IMG/VR virus record: IMGVR_UViG_3300020043_001641
Coordinates: 1-29,701 of that record
Source: a virus
Taxonomy: Duplodnaviria; Caudoviricetes
Direction: 5' to 3' (one strand)
Length of the DNA stretch: 29,701 nucleotides
In this document: one piece after another, positions 15,191-24,036 of the stretch
Layout: each line of letters opens with the position of its first letter
Numbering within the stretch: position 1 is the first letter of the stretch
The notes under the pieces: generated by a model
What the model saw: only the letters and a program-made list of their open reading frames with translations
Database searches by the model: none
Told to the model about the DNA's origin: nothing
Made by a program: the position numbers and the translations under genes

Positions 15191-15541
15191 TTAATCGTAT
15201 ATTGATGTTGTTGCCGTTCCACTTACTACCATTCGACCCTCTTCAACTAAGTTTAAACCACTTGCGCTCGTGTTTTGGTCGACTACAATAGGAACTGGAC
15301 TTTCGTAAACTGAATATGTATATTGACCAATAATTAAAGTAAGGTCAACGCCCTCTTCTAAAGTGAATAAATTGTATCTATTTACATAAGGTGAAGTGTC
15401 AACACCCACCCAATAAATAGGTTCTGAAGCTGTATTGAATTCGTTCTCAAACACGAACAACCAAACGGGAGCCGTAATAGTTGAATTCTCCGTAAGTGTT
15501 AACGCGAAAGTGTTTATTTCTCCTTTGTCTAGGTAAATCAT
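15191..15541 (-). CDS. Virion-module protein, beta-rich (function unknown)
   Basis: RYNLF...GQYTYSVYE...VEEGRM; preceded by a late-promoter motif. Confidence 0.65.
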   Translation of the reverse strand: MIYLDKGEINTFALTLTENSTITAPVWLFVFENEFNTASEPIYWVGVDTSPYVNRYNLFTLEEGVDLTLIIGQYTYSVYESPVPIVVDQNTSASGLNLVEEGRMVVSGTATTSIYD

Positions 15542-15544
15542 ATC

Positions 15545-15572
15545 TTATAATAGTAGAAATACGTAATTTGTT
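15545..15572 (-). promoter_or_regulatory. Late promoter motif AACA-N15-CTATTATAA
   Basis: One of four copies, each 3 nt before an ATG. Confidence 0.75.
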
Positions 15573-15574
15573 AT

Positions 15575-15609
15575 AAAACACAAAACCCCCGAATTTCTCC
15601 GAGGGTCTT
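15575..15609 (-). terminator. Intrinsic terminator after the tail tube gene
   Basis: ACCCUCGGA-GAAA-UUCGGGGGU followed by UUUGUGUUUU. Confidence 0.8.
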
Positions 15610-15626
15610 ATTAGATTTTAGTTTGG

Positions 15627-16136
15627 TTAAACTAGTAATCCAGCGATAACTGAATCATCAACTTCGTATGCAAGGTGTTCGCTTTCAGCTGTCAATACAA
15701 GTGAATATTTTGAACCATCCGCTTTTGTAGTTCCTGAACCCTCACCGTATGCAGTAACTTGAACGTTTTCAAAGTACCAATACTTTCCGTTTCCATCCAA
15801 AACAACTACTGAAAGGTCTCTTTGTCCCTCGCCTAGTATTTTAATAGCCAAAGACTTCGCAGCTTCTCTACGGTGAAACATTAAGTTAATTGTTTGTGTA
15901 ACGAAAGACGAACCATTGATTAAATCAATTGCAGCTTCTTCGGTATAGTTTGAAGTGTTTCTTCTAAACTCAAACTCCAAGAAAGGCGAAGTGTGAGTTA
16001 TTGAACCAATTATCCAAGTTGCAGTGTTTGCGTTAACCGCAGTCACTTCGGACATATCGTTTATGTAAATTTTTGTAATTGAACCGATGTTATTGTCGCA
16101 TCCTTTAACAATCGCTTCTAAAGTTGTACAAGCCAT
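15627..16136 (-). CDS. Major tail (tube) protein, putative
   Basis: Follows the capsid gene; beta-rich; C...GC..N.G.I..IY and VVLDGNGKYW...G.G....DGSKY.L.L patterns. Confidence 0.6.
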   Translation of the reverse strand: MACTTLEAIVKGCDNNIGSITKIYINDMSEVTAVNANTATWIIGSITHTSPFLEFEFRRNTSNYTEEAAIDLINGSSFVTQTINLMFHRREAAKSLAIKILGEGQRDLSVVVLDGNGKYWYFENVQVTAYGEGSGTTKADGSKYSLVLTAESEHLAYEVDDSVIAGLLV

Positions 16137-16150
16137 TTTTATAAGTTATT

Positions 16151-16184
16151 AAAAAAGGGGTAAGGGTAAACCCCGACCCCCTCT
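16151..16184 (-). terminator. Intrinsic terminator after the capsid gene
   Basis: G-rich/C-rich stem GGGGUCGGGGU..ACCCUUACCCC followed by U6. Confidence 0.7.
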
Positions 16185-16204
16185 ATTGTTAGTAATTAAA
16201 TTAA

Positions 16205-17140
16205 TTAAGCACCAAAGCACTCGTTATAAGCAACGATTTCTGTTGGGTTGGTATAGTAGAAACCAACTTTCATATTTGCACGAGTTCTCAAATAAGGCTC
16301 TGCAACCGTGTCAGTAAGGTTAACCGCTTTCAACGCTTTAGAATCTCCCTCTCCGTCGAATGCGTAGATAAGGTTTGATTTCAAAGTTAATACCATTGTG
16401 TCATTCGGCATACCGTCAGCAACAACAACTTTAACACCTAGGAAAGTTAAGCCTAAAGGAAGTGTAACGTAAGTTTGAGTGTTACCAGTAGCGGCAGCAA
16501 GTTCGTATGCAGCAGCAACGTTAGCAGAAACGTAAAATCTCAAGTCCGCTTTTTTACGGATAACCGCAGCAGGTAAAGAAGTATAAACTGTAGTCATTTC
16601 AGCGATTACGTTTGTTGAATCAACAGAAACAGAAGGAATTCCGATAACGTCACCATCACCGCAAAGTTTCTTTAAATACCCGTCACAAAGTCCAAGAATA
16701 GGGTCTTCAGTTAAAGCCGTGTCACCTTGCCAACGAATTAACTCAAGGTCTTCTTGAATCTTCAAACTCATTTCGTTCCAATAGTAGTTCATAAAACTAG
16801 CAACCGTAAAGTCACCGTTTGAACCCTGCGCCATTTGTAAAGAAACAAAAGATTGTTCCAAATCAAATTGACAAATTTGCGCCATTGCTGACAAAGGACA
16901 AACATCGATATCGATTGCATCTAGTGAATCAGTTGGAGCGGTAAAGTTACAATTTGATGCTCTCAAGATGTTACCAAAAGCAACATTTGCTAATTTAGTA
17001 GCTGACTTAATGCCTGGCAAAGTTCGGTAATTATCAACTAAATCTTCAGTTAAATAAGCACGTGAGTAAAACTCATCAGGGTTTGCACAAAGTAGTGCGT
17101 TAGTTTCGATGTCTAAATCGAATTTAAGTTTTCTGTTCAT
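16205..17140 (-). CDS. Major capsid protein
   Basis: 311 aa, after the protease/scaffold gene; WQGD, DGY.K and LTFLGVKVVV..GMP HK97-fold-like patterns. Confidence 0.75.
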   Translation of the reverse strand: MNRKLKFDLDIETNALLCANPDEFYSRAYLTEDLVDNYRTLPGIKSATKLANVAFGNILRASNCNFTAPTDSLDAIDIDVCPLSAMAQICQFDLEQSFVSLQMAQGSNGDFTVASFMNYYWNEMSLKIQEDLELIRWQGDTALTEDPILGLCDGYLKKLCGDGDVIGIPSVSVDSTNVIAEMTTVYTSLPAAVIRKKADLRFYVSANVAAAYELAAATGNTQTYVTLPLGLTFLGVKVVVADGMPNDTMVLTLKSNLIYAFDGEGDSKALKAVNLTDTVAEPYLRTRANMKVGFYYTNPTEIVAYNECFGA

Positions 17141-17141
17141 T

Positions 17142-18113
17142 TTAATTTTCTTTAAATAATTGTCTGTATTTTTTTAGTCTGTCAATTGCCGTGAATTTTT
17201 GCTCCGACAATTCAACTTCTTCTTCTTCCACTTCTTCAGAAACTGGAATCAATGCTTTTACTTCTGCGATAGCTTTCATTAATTCGGTAGCTAAAGCGTC
17301 TAAAACAGGTTGAACGATAGCGAGAACCGCTTCCGAATCAGTTTCAACATCAACCGCCATTGCGATTTCTTCTTTAACTTCTTCTTTAACTTCCGCTGCC
17401 GCTACCTCTTCCGCTTCGATTTCTTCTTCCTCAACAACTTCTTCAGCTGCTAATTCCGCTTCCATTTCCGCAGGAACTTCCTCCTTAATCTCGATAACTT
17501 CCCCGTCTTTTACAACGTAGATTTTACCCTCGATAAGGTGTTCTCCGTCTGGTAACTTCATATTATATTTGTTTATTTGGTTGCTTAATTTAAGACCTAA
17601 AAACCCCTCAATACTAAAGCCAACTTGGTCACTTTCTACCAATTTTTGGTAATATTCTTTGTCCGTTATTTGGGCGGTTAGCATCAACGTTCCTTTTGGG
17701 ACTTCAATACCATAACTAGAAAATGCCTTGTCTTCTTTTGGGTTTTCAACAATCCACGCTTCGAGAATATATGCAGGAACTTTCTTATCTGTATGTTCAA
17801 GGTTAAACAAATTTTGGTTGTTTAGGTCCTGCATAAACTTTGAATAAATGTTTTCGATTTCTTGTTCGGTAAATTGAACGTAGTATTCCTCACCCTCGTC
17901 GTTTCTATATATATTCATTGGAATCATTGCAGGTGCTACAATTCGCATTTTAGGTTCGTCTTTGAAATGGAAAATTTGCGCTGAATTAAACGCCATACCT
18001 TTAACCATCACCGCAGGTTTTGACGTGAACGCAATCATATCGATTCCCAAGTCTTCGCCGTCGCTATATTCTTCTTCAATAGTAATTTTATAAAGAGGTA
18101 AATCTTTAGCCAT
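17142..18113 (-). CDS. Prohead protease fused to acidic scaffold
   Basis: IAF..KPA, APAMIP...IYR, NLEH, GT.M and GFSIEG motifs, then an E/A-rich C-terminal half. Confidence 0.8.
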   Translation of the reverse strand: MAKDLPLYKITIEEEYSDGEDLGIDMIAFTSKPAVMVKGMAFNSAQIFHFKDEPKMRIVAPAMIPMNIYRNDEGEEYYVQFTEQEIENIYSKFMQDLNNQNLFNLEHTDKKVPAYILEAWIVENPKEDKAFSSYGIEVPKGTLMLTAQITDKEYYQKLVESDQVGFSIEGFLGLKLSNQINKYNMKLPDGEHLIEGKIYVVKDGEVIEIKEEVPAEMEAELAAEEVVEEEEIEAEEVAAAEVKEEVKEEIAMAVDVETDSEAVLAIVQPVLDALATELMKAIAEVKALIPVSEEVEEEEVELSEQKFTAIDRLKKYRQLFKEN

Positions 18114-18116
18114 ACC

Positions 18117-18143
18117 TTATAATAGGTTAAAAATTTGTTTGTT
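18117..18143 (-). promoter_or_regulatory. Late promoter motif AACA-N14-CTATTATAA
   Basis: 3 nt before ATG 18113. Confidence 0.75.
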
Positions 18144-18151
18144 ATTTTTTT

Positions 18152-18159
18152 TATATTTG
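18152..18159 (+). promoter_or_regulatory. Bacteroidota -7 box TATATTTG driving the two plus-strand genes
   Basis: TAnnTTTG 16 nt upstream of ATG 18176. Confidence 0.6.
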
Positions 18160-18175
18160 TTGAAAACTTAAAGAG

Positions 18176-18745
18176 ATGATTAAACTAGGTAAGCAAGAAA
18201 TTCCAAACGTAATTAACGAACTAACTATTGAACAATTTGAAAAGGTTAGCGAGTTCACAAATAACCAAGAACTAGACGCTTTTGAAAAATGGGTGTCCGT
18301 GTTCACCTACCTTGGAGCGGATGAAAACGAAGTTAACGAAATGGACTTTTCTGAATTCAAAGACAAGGTTAAAGAATTTAACACCGTAACTTATAAAGCA
18401 CCGACTAAGTTTAAAAAGACGGTTGAACTTGAGGGTTATAAATATGTTAGTTATGACAAGAAATTTAAACTTTCAGTTCGTGACATTAAGCACATTGAAA
18501 AGATAATTAAGAAAGACCCGACCCGTTACGTTAGTAAAATGTTGGCGGTAATATTTAAACGTGAAGACCTCGATACGGTTGAACATTATTCGGACGCTCA
18601 CATCAAACACAAAGCAAATTTATTTAAGTCTTTAAATGCTGAAATTGCACTTCCATTTATGGCTTACGTTGCCGAAAAATTAAAAGACACCGCTAAACAG
18701 ATGACCGATGAAGTTGCCGCAGTCGTGGAATCAAATAACGGTTAA
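18176..18745 (+). CDS. Hypothetical protein, tail-assembly-chaperone-like
   Basis: IPN..NELTIEQF motif shared with the downstream gene; located within the virion module. Confidence 0.6.
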   Translation: MIKLGKQEIPNVINELTIEQFEKVSEFTNNQELDAFEKWVSVFTYLGADENEVNEMDFSEFKDKVKEFNTVTYKAPTKFKKTVELEGYKYVSYDKKFKLSVRDIKHIEKIIKKDPTRYVSKMLAVIFKREDLDTVEHYSDAHIKHKANLFKSLNAEIALPFMAYVAEKLKDTAKQMTDEVAAVVESNNG

Positions 18746-19439
18746 TCAATTCATTGAACTTGCCAAACTAGAACAAATTGAATTTGATTCGTTGTTTGAA
18801 ATGCAAGTCGAGATGCTTTCGATTTTAGCGGACGAAGACCCCGATGAATTTTACGACCTAGAAATTGACGAACTTAACGCATTAATCGAACCGCTTAAAT
18901 TCTTACGGCAAGAACCACGGGTTAAGATTACTCAACAAATTGATAAATTCACGTTTAAACCTTTCGAAAAAATTACCCTAGGCGAATTTATTGATACCGA
19001 TTACTTCACGGTTAAAGACAAAATCGGAAATATACCGATTATTTGCGCAATATTTTACAGACAAACCAACTTTGATGAGTGGGGAAATCGTGTTTTTGAA
19101 CCTTATAAATACAACTTATTTGAACGCGCTGAAGTGTTTAAAGAAATACCCGTTACATCAGTGTTCGGAGTAGTTCACGAATACTTAAAATTTAGAGATA
19201 ATTTTACTAAACAATATGAAAACTTATTTGCACCTCAATTCGATGGCGAAGAGGACACAACTGAACTAACTCCCGAAGAAAAAAAGGAAGCTGAAAACGA
19301 AAAGAAGCGTTCAAAGTTCGCTTGGGAGTCTTTACTTTACAATTTAGCAGGTGAAGACATCACGAAAATTGACGCCATCACCGACCTTAATTTAACCTTT
19401 GTGTTTAATATGCTTTCAATGAAGCACGTTTTGAGTTAA
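18708..19439 (+). CDS. Hypothetical protein, tail-assembly-chaperone-like (paralogue)
   Basis: LPQSWNQITVNQF, internal repeat FEKITLGEFID, C-terminal W..LLY.LA..DITKID.IT. Confidence 0.6.
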   Translation: MKLPQSWNQITVNQFIELAKLEQIEFDSLFEMQVEMLSILADEDPDEFYDLEIDELNALIEPLKFLRQEPRVKITQQIDKFTFKPFEKITLGEFIDTDYFTVKDKIGNIPIICAIFYRQTNFDEWGNRVFEPYKYNLFERAEVFKEIPVTSVFGVVHEYLKFRDNFTKQYENLFAPQFDGEEDTTELTPEEKKEAENEKKRSKFAWESLLYNLAGEDITKIDAITDLNLTFVFNMLSMKHVLS

Positions 19440-19876
19440 TAAGAACCTGGAGGTATTTGTAAATTCCATTTTCCGCTAGGGTCACCGTATAAATTAAAGC
19501 CTATTTTTATTTGTGGGTTGTTTAATATTGTAGCCATTTGTAGTAAAGGGTAGTTTTCAAATTGCCACGCAATATACTCGCCTAAAATTTCACCAAAAAT
19601 AGCTTGAACACTTGAACTATTTACCCATTTTTGAGTAATGTCTTGAGGTGTAATTACACCACCGTTCCAAAGGTCTGCACCTTTGTCTTGAAATAAATAA
19701 TAATATAGGGCGTTTATAGTTACGTTTAATTCGTTTAGTTTGTCTCCCGTCATTGCGGAAACCCTTATCGAATCATAAAGCGCACCCGTGTCAATTAATC
19801 CTAATTGCCTAACTTCTTTTTGTAAGGCTTTAGCTAACTTGTTTCGAGTTGCGTATTTTACTTTAAACTTAGCCAT
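19436..19876 (-). CDS. Neck/tail-completion protein (HK97 gp10-like)
   Basis: IDTGALYDSI...YYYLFQDKG motif. Confidence 0.6.
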   Translation of the reverse strand: MAKFKVKYATRNKLAKALQKEVRQLGLIDTGALYDSIRVSAMTGDKLNELNVTINALYYYLFQDKGADLWNGGVITPQDITQKWVNSSSVQAIFGEILGEYIAWQFENYPLLQMATILNNPQIKIGFNLYGDPSGKWNLQIPPGSY

Positions 19877-20102
19877 TTACAACGTATTTTTGTAATTCAA
19901 TACCCACCCAGTTAACAACGTCAGCATCGTCCCAAGTTTCCAAATAAGTAAACCCGTTTAAAGTTACTCCGAATTCAGCTGTGTCCGTAGTTAGTAAAAC
20001 GTCAACGTTGCAAGTTTTCGTGTTTATGTTATCAATTACATTAACCACTTCAACCGTAGGGTTAATTATTTCAACATTGAATTGTTCAAATTTATAAGTC
20101 AT
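19869..20102 (-). CDS. Small virion-associated hypothetical protein
   Basis: 77-aa ORF immediately after the DUF1566-containing gene. Confidence 0.65.
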   Translation of the reverse strand: MTYKFEQFNVEIINPTVEVVNVIDNINTKTCNVDVLLTTDTAEFGVTLNGFTYLETWDDADVVNWVGIELQKYVVNG

Positions 20103-20107
20103 ATTTT

Positions 20108-21736
20108 TTATGTTAAAGTTGTTCCGTTTACCGTGAAAGTTCTAACCGCTATCCAACGACCGCTTAATCCAGATTTTGCTACTAAGTTAACCCAAGATTG
20201 CGAAAGAATGTAAGCTATTGTTGTGGAGGCTAGGTAGGTTGTTGAAGTCCAAACTCCGTTATTTATATTAAAAGGTGCGTAATTTAAAAGCGAAGTTAAT
20301 TGATAGTTGCAAACGTTTTCGATTTCTCTTTTGTTTGGAAGTCGCCACCCCGTTGTAAATCCAACTATTGACAAAGCTAAAGCCGAATCTATTGCCGTGT
20401 TCCAAGTAACATCCGAAGCGTTAACAACTCGGTAATAACCTAACACGTTTGTTCCGTTGTAAGTTGACCAATCAATAACAATATTTTTAGTGTACGTTTG
20501 ACCTCCTAATTCGTCAGTGAATCTATTCGTGTTTCCAAATGGATTGTTTGATGATAAAACAGAAAACGAAGTTGCACGCCCTGCCTCAATGTCGCCATCG
20601 TCTCCCGTTCTGTAACTTGTTGTTTGTCCCGACTTCATTAAGGTTGCACCAACGGGAGCAAAAGACGAAGTGTTAATAACGATGTCAACGTGGTTTTGGT
20701 TGTTGTTATGGGTTACACTAGTAGGGTTTAACGTTGTATTGCTTTGGTCTTTTAAACGAATGTCTAAAGGTTCGGTTGCGTGAATATCAAAAGGAAAAGC
20801 GTTATTAACCGTTAAGTCATTGTTAGCAACGTAGTAAATTGTTTCACCACTTGCAGGAAAAATGTTTGTTATCGTTCCGTCGTTTTCTTTTTTAAGGTGA
20901 ACGTGTCCGTCAGGTGCAATTAAAGTTTGATTTGTTACACTTGGAACAACTGCCGAATTTACAACTAAAGCATTCGTGTTTTCAACCGTAAATGTAACGT
21001 CTGGAAGTTCTAAATTTTGCTCGCTTAAAACATTAACTAAATAAGTGTCGTTTGAATTACTAACAACTGAATCCTGAATAACTTGGTCTAAATTACCACC
21101 GCTTGCAATTGAACCCGAATAAAGTACGTTTAAATCGGTGTCGGTTATTTCGTAGGTTGCATCCTCACAAACAGCAGGGTCAGGAACAACAACCGTTAAA
21201 CTTCCACCGCTTGGAATTGTTCCGCTTTGAATGTCCGTTCCGTTTTCGTATTCCACTAAATAACTAGCAGGTAAGCATTCAACAACAACGGGAGTAATTG
21301 GTTCGAGTGGAATCTCACACTCCGAATACTGATTAACTTCAAACGTAAAAGTTCCAACCCACCCCGCAACGTAATCCAAATCAAAGTTGTTTAAAGGTGT
21401 CATTGTAGGGTTGCCAATTACCTCAACACTTAAATCTGGTCCGTCGGTGTAATAAAGGTAAATGTCATTTAAAATAAGTTGGCAATCGCTTAAAATCGTG
21501 TTTATATTGGCCCTATCCTTTTGAATAATGTCAACGCAATAAATGTCAAGTGTAAATTGGTTCGTGTTTTCTAAACTAGTCTCCGAAGTTGGAACAACAT
21601 AAACTAAAGGGTAACGTTCGTCAAGGGTTGAGAAGTTAGGCATTTGCTCACGAAATTCACCGCCAAATTTTTTAACTTGTATGTGAGCATTAAAGAACGT
21701 TTCAAGTTTATTTAATAGTTGATAGTAGCTTGTCAT
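20108..21736 (-). CDS. Tail-terminator-like N-terminus fused to beta repeats and a C-terminal DUF1566/Lcl (C-type-lectin-fold) domain
   Basis: N-terminus YPLVYVVP...F.LDIYC.D...VAGW; C-terminus W..A...GWRLPN.RE...WTSTT...AVR. Confidence 0.65.
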   Translation of the reverse strand: MTSYYQLLNKLETFFNAHIQVKKFGGEFREQMPNFSTLDERYPLVYVVPTSETSLENTNQFTLDIYCVDIIQKDRANINTILSDCQLILNDIYLYYTDGPDLSVEVIGNPTMTPLNNFDLDYVAGWVGTFTFEVNQYSECEIPLEPITPVVVECLPASYLVEYENGTDIQSGTIPSGGSLTVVVPDPAVCEDATYEITDTDLNVLYSGSIASGGNLDQVIQDSVVSNSNDTYLVNVLSEQNLELPDVTFTVENTNALVVNSAVVPSVTNQTLIAPDGHVHLKKENDGTITNIFPASGETIYYVANNDLTVNNAFPFDIHATEPLDIRLKDQSNTTLNPTSVTHNNNQNHVDIVINTSSFAPVGATLMKSGQTTSYRTGDDGDIEAGRATSFSVLSSNNPFGNTNRFTDELGGQTYTKNIVIDWSTYNGTNVLGYYRVVNASDVTWNTAIDSALALSIVGFTTGWRLPNKREIENVCNYQLTSLLNYAPFNINNGVWTSTTYLASTTIAYILSQSWVNLVAKSGLSGRWIAVRTFTVNGTTLT

Positions 21737-24006
21737 AGTGTTGCGTTTTCTTCCATTCGTTTAATTCTACTTTGTGAGCTTGTTATGTCGCTTTCAACAA
21801 CCACCGCTTTAACAACTTGCGGAGCTTCAACACTTTGCGCACCTTGTAAAGTGTTCATTTCGTTAGCTTGTCCGAAAAGATTCGTTTGAGGTGTTGCAGG
21901 TTGAACACCACCACCACCCGAAGAACCTGCACCGCCTTGCGCACCCGAAGCCGAAGCCCCTTTGAATTGTGTTGCCGCAATCTTTTTAATGTTAGCTTTT
22001 CCTGCAGCCGTAACCATTGCCGCCGCAATTGCACCCCTTATAATCGAAGTCGGGTCACCTGCAACTATTTGCGAAGTGTAAGCTGCAACCGCACCTTTTA
22101 AAGTGTCAATTACTGACATCGCTATATTTGCAGCCTTGTTAATTTTAAAGGCTTTCTCTTGTTGCTTTTCACTTTCACCTGCAAAGGCTTGAATAACGTC
22201 GTTAACGGTGGTTATTCCCGTCTTTGTAGCGTCTGCGACGGCGTTACCCTTTTCAATAGCAAGTTGAACTTCGGCATCACGGTCGGCTTTCAACAACTCC
22301 ATTTTCTTTTGTTGGTAAGCTAACTGAATTTCTTCTTGAACCGCAGCGTCTAATTTTGCAAGTTCCATTTTTTCAGTGTACCAATTTTCTAAAGCTGCCC
22401 TTTCGTTTTGACGTGCGATTTCTTCGTCGCTTAAACCTACTTGGTTAAGTTCGTTTTTTAGTGCCGTGATTTGGTCGTTGTATGTTTTTAGTTTTTCTGC
22501 GTCTTCTTTTGCGTATTTTTCCGTTAACGCTTGTTGGTCTAGTAGTTGTTGTTCTTGAAGTTGTTTAGTTGTTGTTGCATCGTCTTTATATAGCTCCAGT
22601 TTTTCTTTATACCAATCATTTAACGAATCAATTTCTTTTTGCCTATTAGCTTCGTTTTCACTTAGTGTTTTGTAATTAAGTTCACGTTGTAATAAATTAA
22701 GGGCATCCGCTTGTTCTTTTGCTTTCTCCGCTTCTTCTTTGTCGTACTTGTCATTAACAGCTTGTCTTTCTGCGTTGTAATTTGCTAATAAAGTTGTCGT
22801 ACTTTGTCCGTATTTTTTCGCTAACTGAAACGCTTCTTTGTAATTTGCATCAATGTCTTCAAGTTCTTGTTTACGTTCGCTTAGTTGGTTATATCTAAAT
22901 TTTTCTTCTAGTTCTGCAATTTTTTCTAAAGCTTCTTTTCGGTCTTCAATTCGTTTTTTATTATTTTCCGCTGCTTTAGTTGTTGACTCCGTTGACGCCG
23001 TTGCTTCAATTATTTGTAATTGATTATAAGAATCCGCTATTGAATTAAACGCATCGTTCGCACCTTTACGAGCTTCGTCACGTTTTTTAGTGTAATCGTC
23101 AAGAACCTGTCCTTTTATTTCTGCGTCCAAATCTGACATTTCAATTTCGGCTATTAAAGCGTCCATTACCTTGGCACGAAGTTGTAATTCTTTTTGAATA
23201 GATAATTGATAGCGCATTGACGCTAGTAATTTCTTCTTTTCAAGTTCTTCAGTACTTTTACCCTCGGCTTTCGTTAAGTCAATTTTTCTTTGAATCTCCG
23301 CTTGTTCGTTATTGAAATTCATTTCACGTGTTGCCCTTAACTCTTCACGTCTGCGCATTTCGTTTTTATGGCGTTCCTCGGCGTTCGCTTCACCCTCTTC
23401 AGCAGCACCCTCGCCAATACCAAACCACGAAAGGAATTCTTTAATGGCGTCAATTACTATGTTAATAACGTCACCAATAAAACCAAACACCGCACCGATT
23501 ACGTCAAGTATTGGTTGAAGTATTCCGAGTGCATTCATTAAAGCGGCTATTGCTCCAACAATTGCGGTAATAGCAACAACCAATAAAAATATAGGGTTGG
23601 TTAAAAGCATTATTCCAAACTGAACAAACGTTTTACTTAATGTCGAAACCGTGGACGTTAAACCTTTTAAACCGTTTGAAATTGTTTCAGGACTTATTGA
23701 GGTAACTGTTTGTTGAAATATTTTAGCTTTCTCCGAAGCTTCCTCAAAGTCTAGGTTCATTAAAGAATCCTGTAAACTACCGAATGAATTAGTTATTTGT
23801 TCAAACTTCGAACCACTTGCAAAAACGGTGATTTGTTCGTTAGCGTCACCTATCCTATCCTTTAATTCACCCGCCGCTTCCGCAAGTTCCTGCATTCTTT
23901 TCGGGTCGGTAGCGTTTAATAATTCGTCACGAACCGCTTTTAATTCCGCTTTGAGTTCTTTAAGCCCTCCGACTTGAATAGTACCTACGTTTATCGTACC
24001 TGCCAT
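21733..24006 (-). CDS. Tail tape measure protein
   Basis: 757 aa, long coiled coil, hydrophobic TNPIFLLVVAI segment, A/G-rich C-terminus. Confidence 0.8.
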   Translation of the reverse strand: MAGTINVGTIQVGGLKELKAELKAVRDELLNATDPKRMQELAEAAGELKDRIGDANEQITVFASGSKFEQITNSFGSLQDSLMNLDFEEASEKAKIFQQTVTSISPETISNGLKGLTSTVSTLSKTFVQFGIMLLTNPIFLLVVAITAIVGAIAALMNALGILQPILDVIGAVFGFIGDVINIVIDAIKEFLSWFGIGEGAAEEGEANAEERHKNEMRRREELRATREMNFNNEQAEIQRKIDLTKAEGKSTEELEKKKLLASMRYQLSIQKELQLRAKVMDALIAEIEMSDLDAEIKGQVLDDYTKKRDEARKGANDAFNSIADSYNQLQIIEATASTESTTKAAENNKKRIEDRKEALEKIAELEEKFRYNQLSERKQELEDIDANYKEAFQLAKKYGQSTTTLLANYNAERQAVNDKYDKEEAEKAKEQADALNLLQRELNYKTLSENEANRQKEIDSLNDWYKEKLELYKDDATTTKQLQEQQLLDQQALTEKYAKEDAEKLKTYNDQITALKNELNQVGLSDEEIARQNERAALENWYTEKMELAKLDAAVQEEIQLAYQQKKMELLKADRDAEVQLAIEKGNAVADATKTGITTVNDVIQAFAGESEKQQEKAFKINKAANIAMSVIDTLKGAVAAYTSQIVAGDPTSIIRGAIAAAMVTAAGKANIKKIAATQFKGASASGAQGGAGSSGGGGVQPATPQTNLFGQANEMNTLQGAQSVEAPQVVKAVVVESDITSSQSRIKRMEENATL

Positions 24007-24009
24007 ATT

Positions 24010-24036
24010 TTATAATAGAAAAATTTCGTTCGTGTT
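24010..24036 (-). promoter_or_regulatory. Late promoter motif AACA-N14-CTATTATAA
   Basis: 3 nt before ATG 24006. Confidence 0.75.

Noticed and set aside
18176-19439. Recombinase-driven invertible segment, or lambda G/GT-type frameshift
   Set aside because: No flanking inverted repeats or recombinase. The second gene has its own ATG with a homologous N-terminus, and no clear slippery heptamer was seen.
20108-20280. Complete diversity-generating retroelement
   Set aside because: No reverse transcriptase and no second copy (template repeat) of this region were found by eye in the window.
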